DNA of 63,034 nucleotides, counting the filler, from Octopus bimaculoides (lineage: Eukaryota): assembly GCF_001194135.2 (NCBI RefSeq). It is 4 parts of 3 records of this genome, joined end to end, with 100 filler letters (N's around TTAATTAATTAA, not from the genome) between each part and the next. Parts side by side here need not be neighbours in the genome. Positions count along the whole stretch, not along the records: positions 1 to 23,238 come from NC_068989.1; 3 more parts are not named here. One strand, 5' to 3'. The notes beneath the pieces were generated by a model. It did no database searches, was not told where the DNA came from, and saw only the letters and a program-made list of their open reading frames with translations. The position numbers and the translations under genes were made by a program. Shown in pieces: positions 1 to 11,845 of this stretch. Each line of letters opens with the position of its first letter. Within the stretch, counting starts at the first letter, position 1.

Positions 1-34
1 TATATATATATGCACAGAAGTTACTCTGTGGATA

Positions 35-402
35 GGCGCAGGTGTGGCTGTGTGGTAAAAAGGCTGCTTACCAACCACATGATTCCGGTTTCAGTCTCGG
101 ACCGACCAAAGTTTTGTGAGTGTATTTTGTAGACGGAAACTGAAAGAAGCCCGTCGTATATGTATGTATATAAATATATGTATATATGTATATAAATGTA
201 TATGTTTGTGTGTCTATGTTTGTCCCTCCACCATCGCTTGGCAACCAGTGCATGTGTGTTTACGTCCCGGTACCTAGGGGCTCGGCAAAGAGACCAAAAG
301 AATAAGTACTAAGCTTAGAAAAAATAAGTCCTGGGAACGATTTGCTCGACAAAAGGCGGTGCTCCAGCATGGCCACAGTCAAATGAATGAAACAAGTAAA
401 GG
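35..402 (+). mobile_element. tRNA-derived SINE, family A, near full length with internal microsatellite
   Basis: Head GGCGCAGGTGTGGCTGTGTGGTAA (A-box-like) and GGTTTCAGTC (B-box-like). Body (GACGGAAACTGAAAGAAGCCCGTCG) and tail (CCAGCATGGCCACAGTCAAATGA..AAACAAGTAAA) recur in many other copies in this window. Confidence 0.85.
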
Positions 403-868
403 AATATATATATATATATACACTCACACACACACACATAGCTGAGCTGGTCTTAATTGCCATTTGGTGATTTTGACGCATTCTCTATAGGTGGAGATAG
501 TTTTAATAAACTAGGTATTTATATTTTATAGTATTTGTGTTACCTGTATGTGTACATGTTGTTTAAATATATGCCGCTGGCTACTCTTCTATTAGCTCAT
601 TTTTATTTAACTTACGCACACACATAGATATAATAATTCTTAAAAATTGCACGGAAAATTCAGGCACAAGACATGCTCTTCCCTCATCTGTTATCGTCGA
701 AAAATCATAACAATTTCGATCCTTTAATGTCAACAGAATTTTAATAAAATTTCGGGAAAATGTAAGCTAATTATTTTTGGGGTACCTCGAAGCATACAAT
801 TAAAGTTATAAATAACAGCGTATAAATATTGGGTTGAAATCCACCCCTTTGAATGCAAATAGTCGAAG

Positions 869-935
869 GCTAGCCGTAGGAATCGAGCATACATTTCCTG
901 TACGAGTGAGAGGCATTTTACCATTACACCAAAGC
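869..935 (-). pseudogene. Degenerate tRNA-like / Pol III internal promoter unit
   Basis: Minus strand reads TGGTGTAATGGTAA (A box) ... GCTCGATTCC (B box) at tRNA-like spacing. The acceptor and anticodon stems do not pair well, so it is not a functional tRNA. Confidence 0.45.
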
Positions 936-1063
936 AATTTTTCGAATTTCTTTCTTCGCTTCAGGAACTGACCAGCAAGAATTGTATGTCGTTTACATCA
1001 GGAAAACTTTATAAACTTTTGTTTTCTGGAGTATCTCGAAGCACAAACATAAGATACAAATAA

Positions 1064-1277
1064 TCTTTTCTACTCTAAGCACAAGGCCTGAAATTTTGGG
1101 GGAGGGGCTAGTCGGTTAGATCGACCCTAGTACGCAACTGGTACTTAATTAATCGACCCCGAAAGGATGAAAGGTAAAATCAACCTCGGCGGAATTTGAA
1201 CTCAGATAGTAAAGACAGACGCAACACTACTAAGATTTTCTCCCGGCGTGCTAAAGTTTCTGCCAGCTCGCTACCCT
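1064..1277 (-). mobile_element. tRNA-derived SINE, family B
   Basis: Reverse complement of the family consensus seen at 18274 and 30459: GAGCTGGCAGAAAC..TGAGTTCAAATTCCGCCGAGGT..CCTTTCATCCTTTCGGGGTCGAT..AAGTACCAG. Confidence 0.85.
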
Positions 1278-1416
1278 ATAAAGCTACATATAATAACATA
1301 TAAATGTTGGTTTGAAAGTCCCTTTTGGACACAAAAAATCGAAGGCTGGCTGTAGAACTGGAACCCACATCTCTGATAACGAACACTGATATTCAACACT
1401 GCACTTAATATATTAT

Positions 1417-1730
1417 GGAGGCGCAATGGCCCAGTGGTTAGGGCAGCGGACTCGCGGTCGGAGGATCACGGTTTTGATTCCCAGACCGGGCGCTGTGTGT
1501 GTTTATTGAGCGAAAACACCTAAAGCTGCACGAGGCTCCGGCAGGGCGTGGTGGCGACCCCTGTTGTACTCTTTCGCCCCAACTTTCTCTTACTCTTTCT
1601 TCCTGTTTCTTGAGTAACGCTGCGATGGACAGGCGTCCTGTCCAGCTACTGGGGAGGAACACATACGTCATAGAAACCGGGAAACCGGGCCCATGAGCCT
1701 GGCTAGGTTTTGAAAGAGCGCATAAAAAAC
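1417..1730 (+). mobile_element. tRNA-derived SINE, family C (tRNA-Arg-like head), tail variant 1
   Basis: GGAGGCGCAATGGCCCAGTGGTTAGGGCAGCGGACTCGCGGTC head with A and B boxes. The first ~195 bp align with the copies at 19818 and 5386. Confidence 0.85.
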
Positions 1731-1989
1731 TAATAAAAGCTTAATATATTACGTATTTTGTTTATTGATTATATATAGATCAATGTATTTACAGTCATGC
1801 ATAAAAACACTTAAATATTAACTGGCGGATCACTAATGCGTGCGGATTATCAATGCTTATTCACATTTTAAGAGTAAACAAGTTTGCTTATGTAATATAT
1901 ATTTTTCTCACATTTATACATGCATACACACATAAATGTGCGCGATTGTATATATATTGCATTAGTAAAGTGTAAAATAGTAAATGTCC

Positions 1990-2490
<501 letters not shown>

Positions 2491-2706
2491 NNNNNNNNNN
2501 NNNNNNNNNNNNNNNNNNNNNNNNNNNNNNNNNNNNNNNNNNNNNNNNNNNNNNNNNNNNNNNNNNNNNNNNNNNNNNNNNNNNNNNNNNNNNNNNNNNN
2601 NNNNNNNNNNNNNNNNNNNNNNNNNNNNNNNNNNNNNNNNNNNNNNNNNNNNNNNNNNNNNNNNNNNNNNNNNNATATATAACCCCCAACCCCTAACTCT
2701 CTCACG

Positions 2707-2740
<34 letters not shown>

Positions 2741-2760
2741 GAATGTGGCCATATATATAT

Positions 2761-2904
2761 ACGACGGGCTTCTTTTAGTTTCCCTCTACCAAATCCACTC
2801 ACAAAGCTTTGGTTAGCTTGAGGCTATAGTAGACGACACTTTCCCACGGTGCCACTCAGCAGGACTGAACCCGAAACCAACTGGCTGCAAAGCGAGTTTC
2901 TTAA
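2761..2904 (-). mobile_element. SINE family A, partial
   Basis: Reverse complement of the family A 5' half (CTACCAAATCCACTCACAAAGCTTTGGT..GAGGCTATAGTAGA). Confidence 0.75.
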
Positions 2905-3199
2905 CCCCTAAAAGGGGCCAGTGAAAGAGGCATCACCAGATTTACTACACAAATATGAAAATACCCATGTCACCAGCTCCCTACCCCTACCTCCATCACT
3001 TCTTTCCCGCTGATAGTTAGAGCCTCGCTGTCTCAGTTATTGCTTAATCTCGCCCCAGCCCTAACCTGGCAGATCTACGACCGAAAGATGTTCGAATTGC
3101 GACCATCTTGTCTGCTGCTGCTGGTCTATTGTTATTGTTGCTTTTGTTGTTGTTGTTGTTGTTCTTCTTCTTCTTCTTCTTCTTCTTTTTCTTCCAGAC

Positions 3200-3830
3200 A
3201 TAATACATCTAAGGTTACGGTATCAAGCGTAGTCCGAGTGAGATTCGAGTGAGATTTCTCGCAGGTCTCGCTGCCTTATAAAAGGCTCCCTTGCTGGTTC
3301 ATCACCATTGATGTGAAATTAATAGGTCGGAATCCCCATGTTTCTAATACAGCCAATACTCTTCATCAAAAAAAAAAAAAAGACCAAAACAGAAAAAAAG
3401 CACGTACAACCCGTTCCGCCCTTCACCACCAAATACACGTGGTTTGGGAAAGAACTTTGCCGAATTTCATGTCGGTGTCCCGTTTATAGATCCGTTGTTA
3501 TGCGCCTTTAAATGCGTGTTGTGAGTACGTCTCCTATGTTCGGGGCTATCAAACGTGAGTGCGTCGGTTATCGAATCAGCTTTGTCGATAAGGTAAAGTG
3601 AGTTGGTGAATTCACACGATCTTGTATTCTACTATCGTCATTACAAACGATGAACAAGTGCACGACTGCGAAGGGGTCCGGTAGACAGTCGCTCCACTGG
3701 TTAGATACGGCAGCCAGATAGCGCGGAATTCGCGCCTTAAACAGTTTTGAAGGAAATATTGTGGTCTGTGATAGATAGCGCTATGTTTGGTAGAAAAAAA
3801 AATGGCGTCCTTCTCCTTTAGCATCTCCAC
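3200..3830 (+). promoter_or_regulatory. CpG-rich, repeat-free promoter-like segment
   Basis: CpG density looks clearly higher than in flanking DNA (judged by eye). TATAAAA at 3277-3283, AAAATGGCG (YY1-type) at 3799-3807, and candidate donors GTGAGT (3521, 3555) and AAG|GTAAAG (3593). Confidence 0.35.
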
Positions 3831-4003
3831 CACCATTTCCTCTCTGTCTTTCTCCTCTTCCTTCTCTTCATCTTTGTCATATTTACATACTGAGCACTGT
3901 TCCCAATTCCGATCTCATCAACGTTGACACCTTCGGTGACAACGGCAACAACAACAATGATGTTCATATTGATAAAGCCGACGATGATCGAGATGATGAT
4001 CGT

Positions 4004-4053
<50 letters not shown>

Positions 4054-4177
4054 NNNNNNNNNNNNNNNNNNNNNNNNNNNNNNNNNNNNNNNNNNNNNNN
4101 NNNNNNNNNNNNNNNNNNNNNNNNNNNNNNNNNNNNNNNNNNNNNNNNNNNNNNNNNNNNNNNNNNNNNNNNNNNNN

Positions 4178-4520
4178 TCTTTTCTACACTAGGCACAGGG
4201 CCCGAAGTTTTGGGGGAAGGGGTCAGTGGATTAGATCGATCCCCAGTGCGCAAGTGGTGCTTAATTTATCGACTCTGAAAGGTTGAAAGGCCAAGTCGAC
4301 CTCGGCGGAATTTGAACTCAGAAACGTTAGGCCGCCGGGTGATGTGCTTAGCGGTATTTCGTCTGTCTTTATGTTCTGAGTTCAAATTCCGCCGAGGTCG
4401 GCTTTGCCTTTCATCCTTTTGGGGTCGATAAATTAAGTACCAGTTGCGTCATGGGGTCGATCTAATCAACTTGTCTCCTCTCCCAAAATTTCGGACCTTG
4501 TGCCTTGAGTAGAAAAGATT
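4178..4520. mobile_element. Two family B SINE copies head-to-head (4178-4323 minus, 4322-4520 plus)
   Basis: Both halves match family B. Arms 4178-4323 and 4374-4518 are reverse complements. Confidence 0.85.
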
Positions 4521-4577
4521 ATTGTTATTATTCAATGATCAATTCATTTAAGCGAGGTCCGTTATGCTGACACTGTA

Positions 4578-4609
<32 letters not shown>

Positions 4610-4706
4610 ATGTATGCATGTATGTATGTAAGCATGAATGCCCATATGTATACATACGCATCCACCGACATACATACACACACATATGTATGTGTGTGTA
4701 TATGTG

Positions 4707-4745
<39 letters not shown>

Positions 4746-4854
4746 ATGTTTTTCCTACCAACAGTTTAAAACGAATGATCCTTACTAAATTCGGTTAGGG
4801 CTCCCTATTCGGAAAAAGGATAAAAAAAGATATATCTATCTATCTATCTATCTA

Positions 4855-4918
<64 letters not shown>

Positions 4919-5115
4919 AAATTAAAAAAAGCTTTCCCTCTGATTTTTTGATAAACAAACACAAACACCATTGAGCCATTATCATAGCATTTGATGTGGG
5001 TAATTTATTTGGCGGGATACTAATCCCACGTGGTTCGACGATATCCCATGGATTAAGTCTCGGTGCTAGATATCTAGATATGATAGGACTTAAGCTGATT
5101 TTTCATAATCTACAG

Positions 5116-5226
5116 ATTTCTTATCAACAGACGTACAAGGTTCTGCAGAATCATAAGATATTGCCGTGACAGAATCGTGAGATATTGCGACATTAATGTT
5201 TTTCCCAGTGGAAGGACATCAGCAGC
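5116..5226 (+). other. Candidate spliced exon (111 nt); only open frame encodes an Arg/Cys-rich peptide FLINRRTRFCRIIRYCRDRIVRYCDINVFPSGRTSA
   Basis: Acceptor TTTTCATAATCTACAG and donor AGC|GTGAGT. Length is a multiple of 3 and one frame is open. No homology recognised. Confidence 0.22.
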
Positions 5227-5385
5227 GTGAGTGAAGTTAATTGATAAACAAGACAGGCTGGTCATAAATGGAAGGTCTTTGACACACACACACACATGTA
5301 TACGCACACACATGCAAACACACACAGATATGTACGCATAAACACACACGTGTGCGCGTACATTTACACTTTAATCACTTATAAT

Positions 5386-5736
5386 GTTGGCACTCCGTTG
5401 CTTACGACGTCCAAGGGTGATCCGACCAACGGAACAGCCTGCTCGTGAAATTCACGTACAAGTGGCTGAGCACTCCACAGACACGTGTACCCTTAACGTA
5501 GTTCTCGGGGATATTCAGCGTGACACAGTGTGACAAGGCTGACCCTTTGAATTACAGACACAACAGAAACAGGAAGTAAGAGTGAGAGAAAGTTGTGGTG
5601 GAAGAGTACAGCAGGGTTCGCCACCATACCCTGCCGGAGCCTCGTGGAGCTTTAAATGTTTTCGCTCAATAAACACTCACAACGCCCGGTCTGGGAGTCG
5701 AAACCGCGATCCTAACAACTGGGCCATTGCGCCTCC
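5386..5736 (-). mobile_element. SINE family C, tail variant 2
   Basis: Reverse complement of 19818-20196 with a small deletion in the tRNA head. Confidence 0.85.
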
Positions 5737-5910
5737 ACTATCAATCACTTATATAGATATACATAAACACATGTTGTGCCGTCTTAAGGCAAAGGCACAA
5801 TGGGCAGTTACACAGGGGCCTCGTACGCTCCAATTGTGATCACATCATGCTGAGCCTTATCGTCAATAAATATAATAGAGTCCAGTGCTTTAATACGATA
5901 AGTAATAGTT

Positions 5911-6058
5911 TCAATTTGGGGCACAAGGCCAGCAATTTCAGGTGAGGGATGAAGTCAATTACATTGACCCCAGTGCCTAACTGGTACTTATTTTATCGAC
6001 CCCGAAATACCGCCAAGCATTTTGCCCGACATGCTAACAATTCTGCCAGCTCACCGCC
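5911..6058 (-). mobile_element. SINE family B, internally deleted
   Basis: Family B tail, central domain and head motifs on the minus strand with the middle missing. Confidence 0.7.
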
Positions 6059-6120
6059 ATTTTAATATTATAGATATATATTATTGTTATTATTATCAGC
6101 CGTAATATTATATCATGTGA

Positions 6121-6330
6121 ATGCACGTAGCATAGTGGTGAGGGTCTTGCACGCATGATTGTTATATCGTGGTTTCGATTCTCGGACCAGGTAGTACATT
6201 GTGTTCTTGAGCAAAGCACTTGATTTCACATTGTTCCAGTTGCGTCAATTATAAATGAGTAACTCTGCAATGGGCAAGTGTCTCATTCAGGAGTGATATT
6301 GGTGTCTCGATCACTCACATGGCCCTGAAA
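6121..6330 (+). mobile_element. tRNA-derived SINE, family D-like
   Basis: TAGCATAGTGG (A box), GGTTTCGATTC (B box), then GTGTTCTTGAGCAAAGCACTT shared with 9860, 15893 and 20200. Confidence 0.65.
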
Positions 6331-6404
6331 ACATGTGTATGTGTGCGCGCGTGTATATGTACGCGTGTGCATGAATGTGTGTGTGCGTGCATATGTGCGT
6401 GTGT

Positions 6405-6465
<61 letters not shown>

Positions 6466-7055
6466 GGCCTTAGGCCAATGAATTGTCAGTATTGATCTCA
6501 AACTAAACGACAATATCAGCAAGTAAAAACCATGCTTTACATTCGAGTCACTTAGCGGTTTGGCAAAAGAGACCGGCAAAATAAGTCACAGACTTAAAAA
6601 ATCACAAATACTAGCCTCGATTTGTTTGATTAAACTGTTCAAGGCGATGACCCAACATGGCCGCCGTCAGGCAAAAAGGAAAAGATTAAAAAAATAAACA
6701 ATGACACTTCACAATTACAATAACCAGATTAACCGTTATAAAGTGTTGCTAATGTCTTCTTGCCTACAACAAAGAGCTTCTTGCACGTTTTTAAAAGCCC
6801 AGAGCTTATCTGATCTAAAAGTCCTTTACACCGACCTGATTATGACTCAGATTTCTTGAATAATGGAAACCAACGCCAGTTGTTGGTTTAACATACCTTG
6901 ACTGTAGCATAAATCATATTTGCAGTCAATCATTTTCATAGTGTATTTGTTTGTGGGTTTATTTGTACATGCGTTTATATACTCGAGAAAATAGCACTTA
7001 TATTGAAAACATGTAGAGTTCGCACACAGACAAATAAGTACATAAACGCATACAT

Positions 7056-7110
<55 letters not shown>

Positions 7111-7513
7111 NNNNNNNNNNNNNNNNNNNNNNNNNNNNNNNNNNNNNNNNNNNNNNNNNNNNNNNNNNNNNNNNNNNNNNNNNNNNNNNNNNNNNNNNNN
7201 NNNNNNNNNNNNNNNNNNNNNNNNNNNNNNNNNNNNNNNNNNNNNNNNNNNNNNNNNNNNNNNNNNNNNNNNNNNNNNNNNNNNNNNNNNNNNNNNNNNN
7301 NNNNNNNNNNNNNNNNNNNNNNNNNNNNNNNNNNNNNNNNNNNNNNNNNNNNNNNNNNNNNNNNNNNNNNNNNNNNNNNNNNNNNNNNNNNNNNNNNNNN
7401 NNNNNNNNNNNNNNNNNNNNNNNNNNNNNNNNNNNNNNNNNNNNNNNNNNNNNNNNNNNNNNNNNNNNNNNNNNNNNNNNNNNNNNNNNNNNNNNNNNNN
7501 NNNNNNNNNNNNN

Positions 7514-7544
<31 letters not shown>

Positions 7545-7745
7545 GTAGGAGAATTTACGAAAAAAACAACAGACGAAGACAGGTGGTGTAAACAACAAAT
7601 GGATGTATTAGTGTAATGCTCGGGAATAGAGAAAGTCTTTAACGTTTCGAGCCTACGCTCTTGAACTGAAAGGAACACAGAAAGAAACAAGGAGAGAAAA
7701 AAATATAAATGTAGTGGTCAGCGATCTATCATGGCGAATGCCGGA
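7545..7745 (-). mobile_element. Penelope-like element terminal/UTR fragment with degenerate minimal-hammerhead-like motif
   Basis: Minus strand AAGAGCGTAGGCTCGAAACGTTA resembles the remembered PLE CTGA-N-GA/stem/GAAACGT motif. Related pieces occur at 18975-19045, 22075-22110 and 57598-57660. Confidence 0.5.
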
Positions 7746-8082
7746 CAAGGGCAAAAGAAAAAAGTTTTCTATGCCCAATATGCTGAAAAATAAATTTTAG
7801 ATCGTCTAACCATATACAATATTTTTCCCTATAAATACACATCGTGTTGAAACGAGGAAAGAAAGCTAACAAAAATTTTTTAAATTCAGTTATCTCCGAA
7901 TCGGACCGATTTCTGGATTAATCCAAAAGGATTCTTCCTTCATCAGCAAGGAACACGATAAAAATAAATCGAATACTTATGTATACCCATGGAAAAATGT
8001 ACTCATGATTTTGCACACAAACACAAACACACCCACAAACACACAAACACACACACACAAATATATACACATATGTATATAC

Positions 8083-8249
8083 ACGACGAGCTTCTTTCAG
8101 TTTCCATCTATCAAATCTACTCTCATAAGGCTTTGGTTGGCCCGAGGCTATTGTAGAAGACACTTGCCCAAGGTGCCACGCAGTGGGACTGAATCCGGAA
8201 CCCCGTGGTTAGGAACCCAGCTTCTTATCACACAGCCACGCATGCGCCT
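8083..8249 (-). mobile_element. SINE family A, 5' half
   Basis: Reverse complement of the family A head and body. Confidence 0.8.
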
Positions 8250-9334
8250 ATGTGAACGTGTGTGTGTGTGTGTTGGTGTTGGTGTTTGTATGTGTGTATG
8301 TTTGGAATGAAACTCCCTATTTAAACAGTAAATAACAAACTCTTAAAATAGCAATTTGTAGCAAAGCTGAGAGGATGGACATTTTTTTGTAAAGCGGGGA
8401 CGTGGCACGTCGGACAAAACACTTGACAGTACTGCCGCCGGCTCTTTGCATTCGGAGTTCTAATCCCACAGAGGTCGATTACCAGCTAAGGACCGGGATC
8501 CATGTACTCCACTTGCCCTTTACCTAAAAAATTACTGACCTTGAATCCGGCAACGGACCGGCGTCTCATTGTGAGGGTGCATTGTGACCCCGATCGTTTA
8601 TTGTCCATGGAACCCGAGCAATCGACCTTATGCGTTTTAAGCCCTAGGAGATTCATCTGCCGTGCTAGTAGATCGAACCCCGCGACGAGAATCCCTCGTT
8701 GGATCAAGAACTAATGTTATTCTGGTAAGAATAGCAGTGGGGAAAATGGCGGCGGTAGTGGAGGTTGTTGTTCTTATTCATGTGGGTGTGGGGGTGATGG
8801 CAGTGGTAGAGGGTGCGGTGGTGGTGGTACCATTGGGTGTAGTGGTGGTGGTCTTGCGATAAGGATAGGACCAAAATAATCGCAACACACCTGCATAAAT
8901 CTAATCTAGCATAGCAGCAGATTGGCAGGGGTTACAAATTGTAGTAGTGGTAGTAGTAGTAGTAGTGGGGGTACCGGTGGTGGTTGTGGTAGTAGTGGTG
9001 TTAGTGATAGTAGTAATGGTTGTAACAGTCGTAGTAGTAAGAGTAATATATGAATATGATGGTCGTAACAGTTGATAAGGAACGACGATGATGATGATGT
9101 TGATGACGACGACGATGACGATGATGATGATGATGATGATGATAAGAAGTTAAGTCTTTAACACGTGTAGCTTCCTTTTTACTCGGAACTGTGAGTGAGG
9201 GAGAGAGATAGAGATAGAGTTAAGGGCAAAACCAGCTGAACCGGATTAAATGCGTATATAACTTTTGTGTACATATGCGTGTGCGCGTATGTATGTACAT
9301 AAGTATGTATGTATATGTGTGCGCGCGCGTGAGC

Positions 9335-9408
<74 letters not shown>

Positions 9409-9721
9409 AAGAGAGATGTGTTTAATTTTTACTGATATCGTTACCGATCACTCAAGGTTCTTTGTATCATGTTATATGATCGGTATATCATGTTATATGA
9501 TTGTATGTATTTATATATATATATATNNNNNNNNNNNNNNNNNNNNNNNNNNNNNNNNNNNNNNNNNNNNNNNNNNNNNNNNNNNNNNNNNNNNNNNNNN
9601 NNNNNNNNNNNNNNNNNNNNNNNNNNNNNNNNNNNNNNNNNNNNNNNNNNNNNNNNNNNNNNNNNNNNNNNNNNNNNNNNNNNNNNNNNNNNNNNNNNNN
9701 NNNNNNNNNNNNNNNNNNNNN

Positions 9722-9756
<35 letters not shown>

Positions 9757-9795
9757 GTGCATATATACATATACATGTGTGTATGTATATATATG

Positions 9796-9826
<31 letters not shown>

Positions 9827-9859
9827 TTATATATGTATGTATGTATATATATATATGTA

Positions 9860-10093
9860 GGGCAAGGTTGTTTATGGAAGACTAGCAGTCGCCCACATAT
9901 ATCAGCCGTCCCTTTCTACACCACTGATGTTATCCAAGGGAAAGGCAAAGGGGCCGATACAGCTTGGCACCAGTGACATCGCAACTCATTTCTACAGCTG
10001 AGTGAAACTGGAGGAATGTGAAATAAAGTGTCTTGCTCAAGAGCACAACACGCAGCCCGGTCCGGGATTTGAACTCACAACCTCACGATCGTA
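9860..10093 (-). mobile_element. SINE family D
   Basis: Aligns with 39320-39624 (GGGAAAGGCAAA..CCGATACAGCTTGGCAC..CTCATTTCTACAGCTG). tRNA B-box-like segment at the right end. Confidence 0.75.
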
Positions 10094-10151
10094 CATAAAT
10101 ATATATATATTTATGTATGTTTCTACCTACCTACCTATCTTATTACTTATC

Positions 10152-10202
<51 letters not shown>

Positions 10203-10640
10203 TGGTGCAAGTAAAAGAATAAAAGGATCGATAGAACCGTGATCAAGCCCTTTTTTGAAGGGCATAATTTTAAGGGGAGTGATTTAAGAAAGCCAGGCAT
10301 GATTGGACGGCGATTAGTCTGCTATTTCTAGCATGTCGTGTGGCCATGTAAAGGCGTCCCTTCTTGGTTCGTCATTTTTATCGCCGTCGTTGTTTATAAT
10401 GAGGGTGGTGGTGGTGGTGGTGGTGGTATCTCTGAGAAGTTTTGCGATGCTTGTTTAGCGACGAAACAGAACACAGTATTCGCTGCCAGGTAGTGGCCCC
10501 TAACAGTCACAGACCCTTAAACTAGTACTTTTCTTAAAGGGCTCCCCCTTAGCTTGTGTATAACAAAACACAAGTGATTTTATGTACATGTGTCTGCAAG
10601 CAATCATTCTTGCATCATGGAATTGTACTCTGTGTGTTTA

Positions 10641-10688
<48 letters not shown>

Positions 10689-10807
10689 TGTGTGTGTGTG
10701 TGTTTGTGTGTGTGCGTACGTATATATACGCACACATGTCAGTGAAGTGTGCATATTTATATAGCATGCGTTTATATACACTCTCTCTCTCTCTCTCTCA
10801 CACACAG

Positions 10808-10839
<32 letters not shown>

Positions 10840-11230
10840 ACATAAGTAGTTTGTTTATCGTTCCTCCCCACTCTCTATATATACCATGTATGTGTAAATA
10901 TATATATACACACACATGTACATATACATTTACATTTTTTGTGCTCGCGTATGTTTGCGTTTGTGTATGTATGTGTATGTGTGTACATATATATATATGT
11001 GTATATTTATAGCATATCTATGCATGTATATATGCATGTATATATGCATGTATATATGCATGTATATATATGTGTCAATGTACATACATACACATACAAT
11101 CATTATTTTACATCCGTTTTTCCATGACGACATGGGTCGGATGAATCGTCAGACTACAAGTTTTGTTGTTTTCCAATATTCGGACTCATTGTACTTCTCC
11201 ACCGTCCAGAATATTTCTCTCTGCCCGCAG

Positions 11231-11347
11231 ATTCTCGTTATATCCACAGTGCAGCCGAACAAAGCTGATTCAATCAAAAATATAGCAGTTACTAGTTATT
11301 CTTCTGCAATCTATGTTAGTCCTGTGCATCTTTACACAGCATTTGGG
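11231..11347 (+). other. Candidate exon (117 nt, phase 0-0) ILVISTVQPNKADSIKNIAVTSYSSAIYVSPVHLYTAFG
   Basis: Acceptor TTTCTCTCTGCCCGCAG, donor GGG|GTTAGT, one open frame. No recognised homology. Confidence 0.2.
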
Positions 11348-11678
11348 GTTAGTCAGGCTATTAATATTGCAGTTTTTTTCTGCCTGAACGTGTAGCTCGT
11401 TTGTCTGGGATGAATGGAGCAGATAATGTTTTTGGCACAAATACAGATGTATGCCCCCATCCCGCCGACATTTTTTTCTTTATAATTTTTTTGAAAAATG
11501 CAGATTTTTTTCAATGAAATTTTCCAGAGATATGTTTTAGATGACGTAGATGAGGGTTATATCGGAATTTGTAGGCGAAAATCTTTTATCGGAGAGGGTA
11601 GAGAGGAGTTTCGGATAATTTACACATCCTATTTTTGTTTCTTCATGAACTTCTGAAAAGTGGATTAAAAATTTTCTA

Positions 11679-11845
11679 CAGGCACTGGTGTGGCTCAGTG
11701 GAACGAAGCTTGCTTCCCAACCGGACGATTCTAGGATCAGTCCAGCGGCGTGCCATATTTGGCACTTATCTTCTACTATAGCCTCAAGCCGACGAAAGCC
11801 TTGAAAGTGAATTCGGTATACGAAAAGTGAAAGAAGCCCATCGTG
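11679..11845 (+). mobile_element. SINE family A, diverged 5' half
   Basis: GGTGTGGCTCAGTGG head and CTTCTACTATAGCCTC..GAAAGAAGCCC body. Confidence 0.7.

Noticed and set aside
7890-7955. Minus-strand CTGATGA...GAAA..GTC resembling a hammerhead ribozyme
   Set aside because: Helix II does not close between GA and GAAA (two separate small stems instead) and helix I pairs only ~3 bp.
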